A stretch of DNA of 64,000 nucleotides from an uncultured Nitrososphaerota archaeon (lineage in GTDB: Archaea; Thermoproteota; Nitrososphaeria; Nitrososphaerales; Gagatemarchaeaceae): contig OY969807.1 of assembly GCA_963703285.1 (NCBI GenBank), forward strand, positions 800,001 through 864,000. Reading direction: 5' to 3'. The position numbers and the translations under genes were made by a program. Shown piece by piece: positions 1 to 9,143 of this stretch. The number at the start of each line of letters is the position of its first letter. The first letter of the stretch is position 1. Under the pieces are notes generated by a model that saw nothing but the letters and a program-made list of their open reading frames with translations, did not search any database and had not been told where the DNA came from.

Positions 1-824
1 TCGAACTTACCCTCGCCGAGGAGGCGCCTCATCGCCTTCGCGCTGGCTGCCGGCGTGAGCCGGGGGTTGACCTTCGAGGCCTTCCCGATCCGCTTGGCCG
101 CTGTCGCCGAGTCCATGAAGAGGTGGTGGGGAGACACTTCGATCGTGAGTCCCCTGTGCGAGGCCCTCGCGCCGACCAAGGTCCGGGCCGCCGCAGGGGT
201 GGAGAGGTGCGCGAACCTGACATCGGAATGCGGTCCGACCTCGCCCAAGATTTTTCTGACGGCGACGAGTTCAGCCCCCGAGGCGTCTCCGCCGGCGAGC
301 GAGCTCTCGTCCTCCGCGTGCACCGCCACCTTGAGGCCGGCCCGCTGAGAGTTCCGGAGGACGCCCCGGAATCCCTCGAGGTCGGGAGGATAGAGCTTGA
401 CCGCAAAGGCGCCGGCACCCTTGATCCGGCGAAACTCCTCCGCCTCCCTCGGTGGCGAAGCGTGAACGGCGAAGTCGGTGAGCGAGCGCTCCCTGAGCAG
501 CTCGATGCGCTCCTCCACCAGCTCCGCCGAATCGAGCTTCGGAACCGTGTTTGGCATCTCCGCGACGGTCGTCACCCCGCCCGCCAGCGCGCTCGCAGTC
601 CCCGTCTCCACGGTTTCCTTCGAAGCCTGAGACCAGTCCCGAAGATGGACGTGGAGATCGGTGGCGGCCGGAATCAGGAACTGCGACCGGTCCAGCTCGA
701 TAGAGGCTGTCGCCTGCCCCACCGGCTCGCGAGAGACCCTCGCGATGACGCCGTCCTTGATGTAGACCCAGGTCGGGACGAGCTCGCCGACGTATGCGTC
801 TCCATGGAGCGCCAGGTCGAACAA
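1..824 (-). CDS. pyrC: Dihydroorotase (runs off the window start)
   Basis: Not in the ORF track. Manual translation from TTG 824 gives MFDLALHGDAYVG...PAATDLHVHLRDW...ETGTASALAGGVTTVAEMPNT, with the HxH and EMPNT motifs. Lies directly downstream of pyrI. Confidence 0.92.
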   Translation of the reverse strand, partial: MFDLALHGDAYVGELVPTWVYIKDGVIARVSREPVGQATASIELDRSQFLIPAATDLHVHLRDWSQASKETVETGTASALAGGVTTVAEMPNTVPKLDSAELVEERIELLRERSLTDFAVHASPPREAEEFRRIKGAGAFAVKLYPPDLEGFRGVLRNSQRAGLKVAVHAEDESSLAGGDASGAELVAVRKILGEVGPHSDVRFAHLSTPAAARTLVGARASHRGLTIEVSPHHLFMDSATAAKRIGKASKVNPRLTPAASAKAMRRLLGEGKF

Positions 825-829
825 CGTTA

Positions 830-1306
830 CTACCCGAGTTCGCCCGCAATCTCCTGCTCGGTCAGGTCCCTCCCGCAGAACTTGCACCTGTAGACGAGGG
901 GGGAGGCGCTGACCAGAGAGAAGACGGACCGGACAGAATCCTTCTCGCGGACCGAGACGCAGGTCGTCGCGGTACAGCGCAAGACGCCGGTGATGGACTT
1001 CGGGAGGACCGCGCTCTTCTTCTCTGAGACCCGGTACGACCTGATTATGTTCACGCTCGCGAGGGGGGCTATCAGCGAGAGCTTCTGAACCTGCTCGTCG
1101 GTCAGCTCGACGCCCTCGACCTTCAGGATGTCCTTCCTGCCCATCTTCGAGCTGCGGACGTTCATGACCAGTGCGACCGTCACGCCCCTCTGCTGCGGGT
1201 CGCCGAGGAGCCTGAGGACGGAGAGAGCCTTCCCCGCCGAGATGTGGTCGATGACGGTGCCGTCGGCTATCTTCTGAACCAGCATCTTCTCCGTCTCGCT
1301 CATCAT
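830..1306 (-). CDS. pyrI: Aspartate carbamoyltransferase regulatory subunit
   Basis: GTVIDHI and KDILKVE motifs, C-terminal Zn-binding cysteines (CxxxxC...CKFC). Confidence 0.97.
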   Translation of the reverse strand: MMSETEKMLVQKIADGTVIDHISAGKALSVLRLLGDPQQRGVTVALVMNVRSSKMGRKDILKVEGVELTDEQVQKLSLIAPLASVNIIRSYRVSEKKSAVLPKSITGVLRCTATTCVSVREKDSVRSVFSLVSASPLVYRCKFCGRDLTEQEIAGELG

Positions 1307-2232
1307 GGTTCTCCTCCCATGACGAGGTGCAGAAGCGCCATCCTCACGGGGACGCCCAGTCTGGCCTGCTGCATGTAAGCGGCGTTGGGAAGGTCGTCGA
1401 CGTCATAGGACAGTTCGTTCACCCTGGGGAGGGGGTGCATCACGATGGCGTCCCTTGCCTTGGCGAGCAGGCTCCTATTGATCCTGTAGCTCCCCTTGAC
1501 CTTCTCGTACTCGTTGGGGTCAGGGAAGCGCTCCTTCTGTATCCTGTTCATGTAGATGACGTCGACCTCGCCTAGAATCGGCTCAAGGTCGGGCAGCTCG
1601 TCTGTCGTCATCCCCAGGCGGGCTATCGAATCCTTAACCTCGCTCCTCATGCGGAGGCCCTCAGGCGAGACGAGGTGCACCGCTGCTGGCTTGTACTTGG
1701 AAAGGCCGTAGAGGAAGGAGGCCGCCGTGCGGGAGTAGCGGGTGTCGCCCACGATCGCGTATCGGAGCCCGTCTACGGTCCCCTTGAGCTTCCTTATGGT
1801 GTAGAGGTCGAGCATGGCCTGGGTCGGATGGTGCTGCGAGCCGTCGCCCCCGTTCACGATCGGGACGTCGCTGACCTCAGCCGCTAGGAGGGCCGCGCCC
1901 TCCGAGGGATGTCGCATGACGATGAGGTCAGAGTAGGCCCTGAGCATCATTATCGTGTCCGAGAGACTCTCTCCCTTCATCACGGAGGAGACGTCCGGCG
2001 ACAGATCTATCACCTTGGCCCCCAGCTTGAGGGCCGCGGTCGTGAAGCTCAACCTCGTCCTGGTGCTGGGCTCCAGAAAGGCGGTCGCGACGATGCGGTC
2101 GGCCAAGGTCCGGGGGACCGACTCGGGGTGCTCGAGGAACCGGTCCGTCGTGGAGAAGAGCAGCTCCAGATCGGAACGTGAAAAGTCGAGGATGCTGAGA
2201 ACGTCCTTGCCTGACCAGGCATCTGTCCTCAA
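1303..2232 (-). CDS. pyrB: Aspartate carbamoyltransferase catalytic subunit
   Basis: EPSTRTRLSF, HPTQ, RIQKERF and HPLP motifs. Start TTG 2232 or GTG 2253. Confidence 0.97.
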   Translation of the reverse strand: MRTDAWSGKDVLSILDFSRSDLELLFSTTDRFLEHPESVPRTLADRIVATAFLEPSTRTRLSFTTAALKLGAKVIDLSPDVSSVMKGESLSDTIMMLRAYSDLIVMRHPSEGAALLAAEVSDVPIVNGGDGSQHHPTQAMLDLYTIRKLKGTVDGLRYAIVGDTRYSRTAASFLYGLSKYKPAAVHLVSPEGLRMRSEVKDSIARLGMTTDELPDLEPILGEVDVIYMNRIQKERFPDPNEYEKVKGSYRINRSLLAKARDAIVMHPLPRVNELSYDVDDLPNAAYMQQARLGVPVRMALLHLVMGGEP

Positions 2233-2320
2233 CCCCTTACACCCAAAGCCCACCCGAGTGATTGCATATTAACGATGCGGGCGGCCCCGAGCGCGAGCGC
2301 GGAACCTCCTCCTGGAAGGA

Positions 2321-3112
2321 CTAGATGGACCTGAGGATAGCGCCGTCAACCGGAATCGTCGCGCCGGACACGTAGGACGATAGGTCGCTGCCCAGGAAGA
2401 CGATGGCATTCGCCAGCTCCTCTGTGGTGCCGATTCTTCCCAGGGGTATCTCCTTCTCGATTTCGCGCACGTAGTCCTCGGGGCTGATGCCGCGCCTCCT
2501 CGACTGGTCCTGGGCGAGCTGGTCGATCCTCCCCGTGCGAATGAACCCTGGCATGATCCCGTTCACCCTGATGCCCCTCGGGCCGAGTTCCCTTGCGAGC
2601 GTCCTGACGAGGGAGAGGACGGCCGCCCTGCAGACGCTCGAGAGGGCTATAGCCAGCGTCGGCTCCTTGATGACGTACGACGAGAGGAAGACCATGCGGC
2701 CCTTCACGCCGTCCGCGATCATGCGCTCCGCGACGAGCTTGGCGAGGTAGGCAGGGCTGACGACGAGGAGGTCGGAAGCGTACCTCCAGTCTTCATATGA
2801 GAACTCCAGGAATCGGCCAGGCTTGGGCGAGCCGGTGACATAGACCAGCGTATCGATTCCTCCCAGGTTCGAAGCCGCGTACTGGACGACCTTCTCGAGG
2901 TCGGACTTGGCAGCAAGGTCCCCCGCGACTCCGTGGACCTCGCCCGACGGAGAGAGCTTGGAAACGGCCGCGTCCAGTTTGGCCTGGTTGGACGAGTTGA
3001 TCACGACTCGAGCGCCCTCGCGCAGAAAAGCCTGCGCTGCTCCAAAACCGATGCCGCTGCTCGCAGCGGTGACGAGCACCCTCTGACCCTTCAGACCGGA
3101 ACTCAGGGGCAT
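2321..3112 (-). CDS. SDR family oxidoreductase (atypical; lacks YxxxK)
   Basis: TAASSGIG, RVNGIMPG, PLGRIG and VDGA motifs. Confidence 0.9.
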   Translation of the reverse strand: MPLSSGLKGQRVLVTAASSGIGFGAAQAFLREGARVVINSSNQAKLDAAVSKLSPSGEVHGVAGDLAAKSDLEKVVQYAASNLGGIDTLVYVTGSPKPGRFLEFSYEDWRYASDLLVVSPAYLAKLVAERMIADGVKGRMVFLSSYVIKEPTLAIALSSVCRAAVLSLVRTLARELGPRGIRVNGIMPGFIRTGRIDQLAQDQSRRRGISPEDYVREIEKEIPLGRIGTTEELANAIVFLGSDLSSYVSGATIPVDGAILRSI

Positions 3113-3134
3113 GCCTCGCGATTCGCGAAATCCG

Positions 3135-4011
3135 CTAATAAGTCGCGCGCCGATCGTGAGGCAGCTTCGCGCTTACCCTCTCGGACTCGGCGAAGACGTT
3201 CGGAGGCAGGTCGGGCTTTGAGAGAAGGTACCTGAGGCCGCTCTTGCCGCCGAGCAGGGCGACGGCCGAGTATCCGGCGCCGAAGTAGGACTGGAACACC
3301 TCTCTGGTTGCCTGCCTCCAGCGTAGGCCCTCCTTCGGATATCTCTTCTTCAGGGCAACGACGTCTGTGGGAATCTCGACGAGGGCGCTCTTCACCCCAA
3401 GGTCTACGCGCCAGTCCTCGCAGAAGGCCTCCTCTCCGCGCCCGCGGACCTTTATCACTGCGAGCGCGTCGCGCGGCGCGGCGCGTCCGAGAGACCTTAT
3501 TCTCGCGAGAAGGCCTGGTTCCACGTACCATTCGCAGAGGAATCTGTCCGTGGGCCATCCCTTGTTGATCGAGTCGTTCATGGGGCCATAGTAGTCCTCG
3601 TGATAGTTCCTTGCGATGACCCCGAGCTTCTTCATGTTGAAGAAGGCGTTCCTGGCGATGATGGGATCGAACGTCCACGCGAACTAGCGAGTAACCACGC
3701 TCGAACGCGATCTCGCGCTGCTTGGTCTTGATGAGGTACCCGATCCCCTTGGACTGGTACTCCTTCGAGACGCCCGTCATGTGCGAGTACATGTAGAACG
3801 TCCCGCCCCTCGACCCGACCAGGGCGATGGCCATCCCCACCATCTTCCCCGAATCGAACGCCCCGAGTACGAGTCCCCCGTTGTCGTTTATCGCGATCAT
3901 GACCTCCTTGGGGACGGCGCCCCGGGGACCCATCCCCCAGGCGGACATCTGCACCTCCTCCGCCGCCTCGAACTCGCGCAGATCAGAGAGCGGCCTGACC
4001 AGCACTCCCAT
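3135..4011 (-). pseudogene. GNAT acyltransferase (D-amino-acid N-succinyltransferase-like), frameshifted near 3682
   Basis: The N-half (YSHMTGV...QSKGIG...KTKQRE) continues as AWTFDPIIARNAFFNMKKLG...PTDRF only after one base is removed from GTTC GCG TGG. May be a sequencing indel. Confidence 0.82.
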
Positions 4012-4064
4012 CGGGAGCCGCGGCCGGATTTTTTTATTTAAGGCTTGGCCGCCGACTTCGGGCG

Positions 4065-5105
4065 TCTGTTATCCTGAAATTGGTTCACCCCCTTGCCATC
4101 AAGATTAGAGCGAGGTGGGTATGGAACAGGGGAAGACGCTTCTACGTCTACATGAAGCTCGATCCCATCAAAGTAGCGTGGATCGTCAGGCAGAAGGAGG
4201 ACGGGATGAGGAACTCCGCGATAGCGAGCTCGATGGGGGTCTCGGTGAGGAGGGTCCAGGAGCTCTACGCGTCCTATCGCACGACAGGTGCGATACCAGA
4301 GCTGAAGAGGCCGGGAAGGAAGCGCGTCGAGGCGACTGAACAAGAGTCGAAGGTCGTCGCAGAGGCCTACGCAAGGCACAGGGCGGGAGCGGTCGTCCTC
4401 GAGCGCGTCATCGAGGTTAACTACGCGACGCACATACCTCACAACCGCATCCACAGGGTGATGAGGTCGATGGGACTCGCGAGGGACGAACCGAGGAAGC
4501 AGAGGAGGAGGAAGTGGGTACGATACGAGAGGAAGTACTCGAACTCGCTCTGGCACACGGACTGGACCCTCATCGAGGGTATGGGATGGCTCATCGCATA
4601 CCTTGACGATGCCTCAAGGTTCATCGTCGGGTACGGGTTGTTCCCCGAGGCGACGTCGGAGCACGCCGTGGAGGTGCTGAAGGAAGCCATCAAGAAGCAC
4701 GGGAAGCCCGCCTCGATCCTCACGGACAGGGGAATACAGTTCTACGCCGTGGAGGCTGGCGACAGGCTGAGGGGGCTGACGGCGTTCGAGAAGTACCTCA
4801 TCGAGAGCGAGATCAGGCAGGTCCTATCGAGGGTGTCACACCCGCAGACCAACGGGAAGGTGGAACGTTTCTTCAGGACGGTCAAGGACAAGCGCCGATT
4901 CTTCGGCAGCATCGACGAGCTGATGGAGTGGTACAACGTGACGAGACCGCACATGTCGCTGAACCTGGACGTCATCGAGACCCCTTACCAGGCATACCTG
5001 AGGAAGATGCCCGACAAGGAAGGGATGGTGACGGACGAGGAATCGGGAGAGACATACCATGCCCAGAAGAGCTAGAAAGGGGCGAACTCATTTCGGGATA
5101 GCACA
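4065..5105 (+). mobile_element. IS481-family insertion sequence with 27-bp imperfect TIRs and a 15-bp target-site duplication
   Basis: TIR-L TCTGTTATCCTGAAATTGGTTCACCCC (4065-4091) vs reverse complement of TIR-R TGTGCTATCCCGAAATGAGTTCGCCCC (5079-5105), 21/27 identical. Direct repeat CGCCGACTTCGGGCG at 4050-4064 and 5106-5120. Confidence 0.93.
4152..5075 (+). CDS. IS481-family DDE transposase
   Basis: N-terminal HTH. rve core with LWHTD, LDDASR, ILTDRGIQF and PQTNGKVERFF. Open and apparently intact. Confidence 0.93.
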   Translation: MKLDPIKVAWIVRQKEDGMRNSAIASSMGVSVRRVQELYASYRTTGAIPELKRPGRKRVEATEQESKVVAEAYARHRAGAVVLERVIEVNYATHIPHNRIHRVMRSMGLARDEPRKQRRRKWVRYERKYSNSLWHTDWTLIEGMGWLIAYLDDASRFIVGYGLFPEATSEHAVEVLKEAIKKHGKPASILTDRGIQFYAVEAGDRLRGLTAFEKYLIESEIRQVLSRVSHPQTNGKVERFFRTVKDKRRFFGSIDELMEWYNVTRPHMSLNLDVIETPYQAYLRKMPDKEGMVTDEESGETYHAQKS

Positions 5106-5184
5106 CGCCGACTTCGGGCGGGCCGGACGAACCTGCCGCGTCCCGGCTTTCTGACGACGTCACCATTTTCCATCACGACCGGGC

Positions 5185-5323
5185 CGCTCGAGGCTCCCGG
5201 AAGGATTGAAGCTCTCCATCTTCACCGGGACATCGGCGCGCTCCTTTCGGCCGAAGGTATGCGCGTGAGCCTGACGAGCGGAGTGATCCCAGTCGTCTCG
5301 AGGATTCCTTTGACGGCCCGCAA
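5185..5323 (-). pseudogene. Degraded N-terminal remnant of a cysteine synthase-like PLP enzyme (CysK/CysM type)
   Basis: TTG 5323 gives MRAVKGILETTGITPLVRLTRIP; after a frameshift, ADVPVKMESFNPSGSLE (cf. GNTPLVRL...KxExxNPxGSxKDR). Catalytic Lys is lost and the rest of the gene is absent. Confidence 0.7.
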
Positions 5324-5346
5324 GCGCGCCCACGGTTCTCCCCAAG

Positions 5347-6939
5347 TTGTTTATTGGTTCGGAGGCACTTCGCGCCAGACTTAACTATCGGAGGGGACCT
5401 CCCGAGTCAGGTTTGCAGAGGTCAGACGTCCGGGCGCGGAATGTCTTCGTCTACATCTGGTTCGATATCGAGGACTACGTCACGCCGGAATCCGACGACC
5501 TGCCGCTCAAGGCCTTCTCTATCCTGGAGAAGCACGGAGTGCCGGTGACGTGCAAGCTCGTCGCCGAGAAGGTGCGTGCGCTCAAGGAGCACGGGAGGAC
5601 CGACGTCATATCGGCCATAGCGAGGCAGGACGTCGGGTACCACCTCGACAAGCACAGCAGGCACCCCACGGTCTACGAGTACTTTAGGGACGCCGACCTA
5701 TTGGCGGGTGCGGAGGAGTTCTACAGACAGGAGACGGACGGGCTCGAGCTCGTCGAGCGCACCTTCTCCACCAAGGCGTCCTGCTTTGGCCATCCGGGGA
5801 CGGCGTGGTCGCCCCACTATTACCCCGCCATGAGGAAGATGGGCATCCCGCTCTATCTCGATGAGACCGCGATCCTGAACCTTGGCGGAGCCCCATACTG
5901 GTACTGTGGCGTCCTCAACCTCAACGGAGCGAACCAGAACTTCATCTTCTTCGACTACACCTTCGGTGACCCGTCGGGCATCGAGATGGTGAAGAGAAAG
6001 TTCTCGGACATACACAGTCGACTACGAGGGAAGGGCGGAACAGTGAGCGTCATGTTCCATCTGCACACGGCGATAAACACGAAGTTCTGGGATGAGGTCA
6101 ACTTCGGCGACGGCAGGAATACCGAGAAAGGGGATTACAAGAGGCCCCCGGTCCAGCCCACCGAGGTCACGGAGAGGGCGTGGAGGGACTTCGACGAGTT
6201 CGTCGGGCACATGGGCTCGTTCGATGACGTCTCCTTCATCACGGCCAAGGACGCGGTGACCATGTACCCTCGCCCCATGATGGCGGTCACGACTGACCGG
6301 GTGGGGGAGCTTCTAGGGAGGATCTCTCCTGGCGTGACCCACGTGCCGTACGGCGACGACTACCTCTCAGCATCTGAGGTACTCTACTTCGTCGCGAGCA
6401 GCCTCGCGGCTTACCATAGGACGGGAGGCTTGCCGCGGTCTGTAACCCTCAAGGAGCCCTACGGTCCGATGGAGAGCAAGTCGTCCACCATGTCCGGAAC
6501 GATTTCGACGAAGGACCTCCTCGAGGCCTCGGAGAGGGTCCTTGCGGAGATGGAGGCAAGGCAGGTCATCCCCTCGGCGATAGCACTACGAGACGGAGTT
6601 TCGCTCTCTCCGGCCGACTTCCTCCTCACTGGCGGTGAGCTGCTTAGGGAAATCATCTCTGGGACCGGCGCGCCGGATAGAACGCAGGCCGTCGAAGGAA
6701 GGCTGGCGGAGAGCGACAGGGTTGACGCCGAGGCGTTCGCGAAGGCCTGCAAGTGGGTCGTCCTTCCTACCGGCTTCGAGGCGCCGAAGATCCTGGAGCA
6801 GGTAAGGCTCCAGACCTGGACCCTCAGGCCTGCCGTGCTGAGGAACCCGCCTAGCCCGAGACCCATGTCTTCTCAGCTCCCCCGGATACTTGAGCCCCAT
6901 GAGCCCAAGAGACTCCAGAGCCCAGAGACGAAAAACTAA
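5347..6939 (+). CDS. Polysaccharide deacetylase (CE4/NodB)-like protein with a C-terminal extension
   Basis: WFDIEDY, GYHLDKHSRHP, FGHPG and VMFH motifs. True start is probably a little downstream. Confidence 0.65.
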   Translation: MFIGSEALRARLNYRRGPPESGLQRSDVRARNVFVYIWFDIEDYVTPESDDLPLKAFSILEKHGVPVTCKLVAEKVRALKEHGRTDVISAIARQDVGYHLDKHSRHPTVYEYFRDADLLAGAEEFYRQETDGLELVERTFSTKASCFGHPGTAWSPHYYPAMRKMGIPLYLDETAILNLGGAPYWYCGVLNLNGANQNFIFFDYTFGDPSGIEMVKRKFSDIHSRLRGKGGTVSVMFHLHTAINTKFWDEVNFGDGRNTEKGDYKRPPVQPTEVTERAWRDFDEFVGHMGSFDDVSFITAKDAVTMYPRPMMAVTTDRVGELLGRISPGVTHVPYGDDYLSASEVLYFVASSLAAYHRTGGLPRSVTLKEPYGPMESKSSTMSGTISTKDLLEASERVLAEMEARQVIPSAIALRDGVSLSPADFLLTGGELLREIISGTGAPDRTQAVEGRLAESDRVDAEAFAKACKWVVLPTGFEAPKILEQVRLQTWTLRPAVLRNPPSPRPMSSQLPRILEPHEPKRLQSPETKN

Positions 6940-6968
6940 TAGAACGATGCGGACCTCGTGCAGAGTCC

Positions 6969-8054
6969 TTGGGCTTCAAGATAAGTCTGGTCAGGCTCCC
7001 GTTCCTTGCTCCGTTCACGACGAGCTTCGGCACTGAGAGCGAGAGGACCGCGCTGATTCTGGAGCTGGAATCAGACGGGGTGAGGGCCTTCGGGGAGTGT
7101 GTCACGAGTCAAGGACCGTTCTACAGCTACGAGGATAATGACACGGCCCTTCACATCATACGGGATCATCTGGCGGTTCTGCTGAAGCGCAAGCCGGAGC
7201 CGGACGACTTCCTCGCGGGTGCCGAGCGGATCAAGGGACACACCATGGCGAAGGGCGCCGTGGAGATGCTCCTCTGGGATTACCACTCGAAGCTTGAGGG
7301 GAAGCCGCTCGTCCGAGCCCTGGGACCGTCGAAGGGCTATGCCGACGTCGGAATCTCGATCGGGATCGACAAGCCAAAGGTCACGGTAGAGCGCGTTGCC
7401 CAGGCGATTAAGCGGGGTTACAAGCGCGTGAAGGTGAAGATTGACAGGGGGAGGGAGTTCGAGATAGTCAAGACGGTGAGAGACTCCTACCCTGACATCC
7501 CTCTCAGCGCCGACGCGAATTCGTGCTACACATTGAAGGACCTTCCTGCGCTGAAGAGGCTGGATCGGTTCGACCTCGTCTACCTCGAGCAGCCCCTCGA
7601 GCACGACGACATCCTTGACCACGCCCGGCTCGCAAAGGTACTCTCGACTCCGATATGCCTCGACGAATCGATATCGTCCGTCGACAAGGCCCGGCAGGCC
7701 CTCGAGATAGGCGCCTGCCGCGTCATCAACATCAAACCGGGCAGGCTCGGCGGGCTGTCCAACTCGCTCAGGGTGGTGAACCTGGCGAGGAAGCACGGCG
7801 TCCACGTCTGGGTCGGGGGGATGCTGGAGACGGGAATAGGCAGATCCTTCAACGTATCACTCGCTTCCCTCAGGCTTGTGGACTATCCCGGGGACACATC
7901 TCCCAACGACAAGTACTTCGCCAGGGACATCGTGAAGAACCCGTTCGTGATGGAGGACGGAACGATAAGACTGAATCGGGGGCCGGGCATCGGGACCGAG
8001 CTCGACCAGCCCTTCTTCGCAAGGTCGACTGTAGAGAGCTGGAAGATATTCTAG
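6969..8054 (+). CDS. menC: o-succinylbenzoate synthase / N-succinylamino acid racemase (NSAR/OSBS subfamily)
   Basis: PFTTSFG, KVK, DAN, EQP, CLDES, KPGRLGG, GGMLETGIGR and PGD motifs. Confidence 0.88.
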   Translation: MGFKISLVRLPFLAPFTTSFGTESERTALILELESDGVRAFGECVTSQGPFYSYEDNDTALHIIRDHLAVLLKRKPEPDDFLAGAERIKGHTMAKGAVEMLLWDYHSKLEGKPLVRALGPSKGYADVGISIGIDKPKVTVERVAQAIKRGYKRVKVKIDRGREFEIVKTVRDSYPDIPLSADANSCYTLKDLPALKRLDRFDLVYLEQPLEHDDILDHARLAKVLSTPICLDESISSVDKARQALEIGACRVINIKPGRLGGLSNSLRVVNLARKHGVHVWVGGMLETGIGRSFNVSLASLRLVDYPGDTSPNDKYFARDIVKNPFVMEDGTIRLNRGPGIGTELDQPFFARSTVESWKIF

Positions 8055-8127
8055 TGCTGCCTCAGGCTGTCGTGCGGGCCTTCAGGGTTCCCCTCAGACT
8101 TATATCCGCCAGGTCGAGGAATCCCTC

Positions 8128-8976
8128 ATGAAGCCTCTGGGGAGGTTGATGACGGCCCTCCTGGTGGTGATTTTGCTCATGGGGGGATTGGTGGCCGTCG
8201 TCTACATCGAAGAACAACAGGCAATCGGCTCGCAGTCGTCCACGATCCAGCAGCAGTCGCAGACCATCTCGGCACAGTCAGCGTCGATTCAGAGTCTTCA
8301 GAGCCAGTCCTCGTCGCTCTCGAAGGACCAGAAGACGATAGGCACTCTGGAGGCGAACATCACAGCTACCCAGTTATCCCTCGAGCAGGACCAGGCGGAG
8401 ATCTCGACGATGAACGCGACAATCGCGTCTGACCAGTCCGAGATCGCATCGCTCACATCGGAGTACTCCAAGGCAAACGCGACGGTCACCAGTCTCGAGG
8501 CGGAGATCGGGCCCATCCAGGCACAGGTCACGTCTCTGCAGAGCGAGGTCGCCAGCTTGCAGGCCGAGGCCACATCTTACAAGTCACAGATCTCCACGCT
8601 CCAGACCGAGGTGACATCCCTAGCGTCGATAGATAGCCTGGCCGACTCCGAAGTGCTCGTCAGTCAGGAGTTCTTCGGGGTGCCATCCCTCGGCGACCAA
8701 GTCGTGGGGACGTTCGTGGCGAACTACTCCGGGTACATCACGGTGGACATGTCCAACATCAGCGACATAGACAACGTCCAGGTGGGCGCGATAGTTTTCT
8801 TTGGGTCTTCTTTGAGCTCGGGCCCGTCGTCGTCGGTACAGATCGGCCCGTTCGGGTACTCGTCCATCCCTGACTCGCTAGTCTTCCCTGTCACGCCCGG
8901 ATCCGTCGACGTGTACCTCTCGAATTCGGATCCGACGCCGGAGAACGCGACCATTTCCATCACGTACTACTACTGA
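8128..8976 (+). CDS. Membrane-anchored coiled-coil protein with a C-terminal beta-rich domain
   Basis: N-terminal TM helix followed by Q/S/T-rich heptad repeats. Confidence 0.75.
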   Translation: MKPLGRLMTALLVVILLMGGLVAVVYIEEQQAIGSQSSTIQQQSQTISAQSASIQSLQSQSSSLSKDQKTIGTLEANITATQLSLEQDQAEISTMNATIASDQSEIASLTSEYSKANATVTSLEAEIGPIQAQVTSLQSEVASLQAEATSYKSQISTLQTEVTSLASIDSLADSEVLVSQEFFGVPSLGDQVVGTFVANYSGYITVDMSNISDIDNVQVGAIVFFGSSLSSGPSSSVQIGPFGYSSIPDSLVFPVTPGSVDVYLSNSDPTPENATISITYYY

Positions 8977-9143
8977 CCGGTGGGAGCTGGGACGCAACGC
9001 ATAAATATCGTCAGCCATGCCGAAACCTGCAGAGAGCTTTGAAGGTGCAAGGAAGAGGCGGTTCAGTTTATGATTCTGCACCTTGCGGCTTTTGGTTCTA
9101 GATCAAGTCTTAGCTCGCCTAAGACATTGGAGTTCTATGCTCA

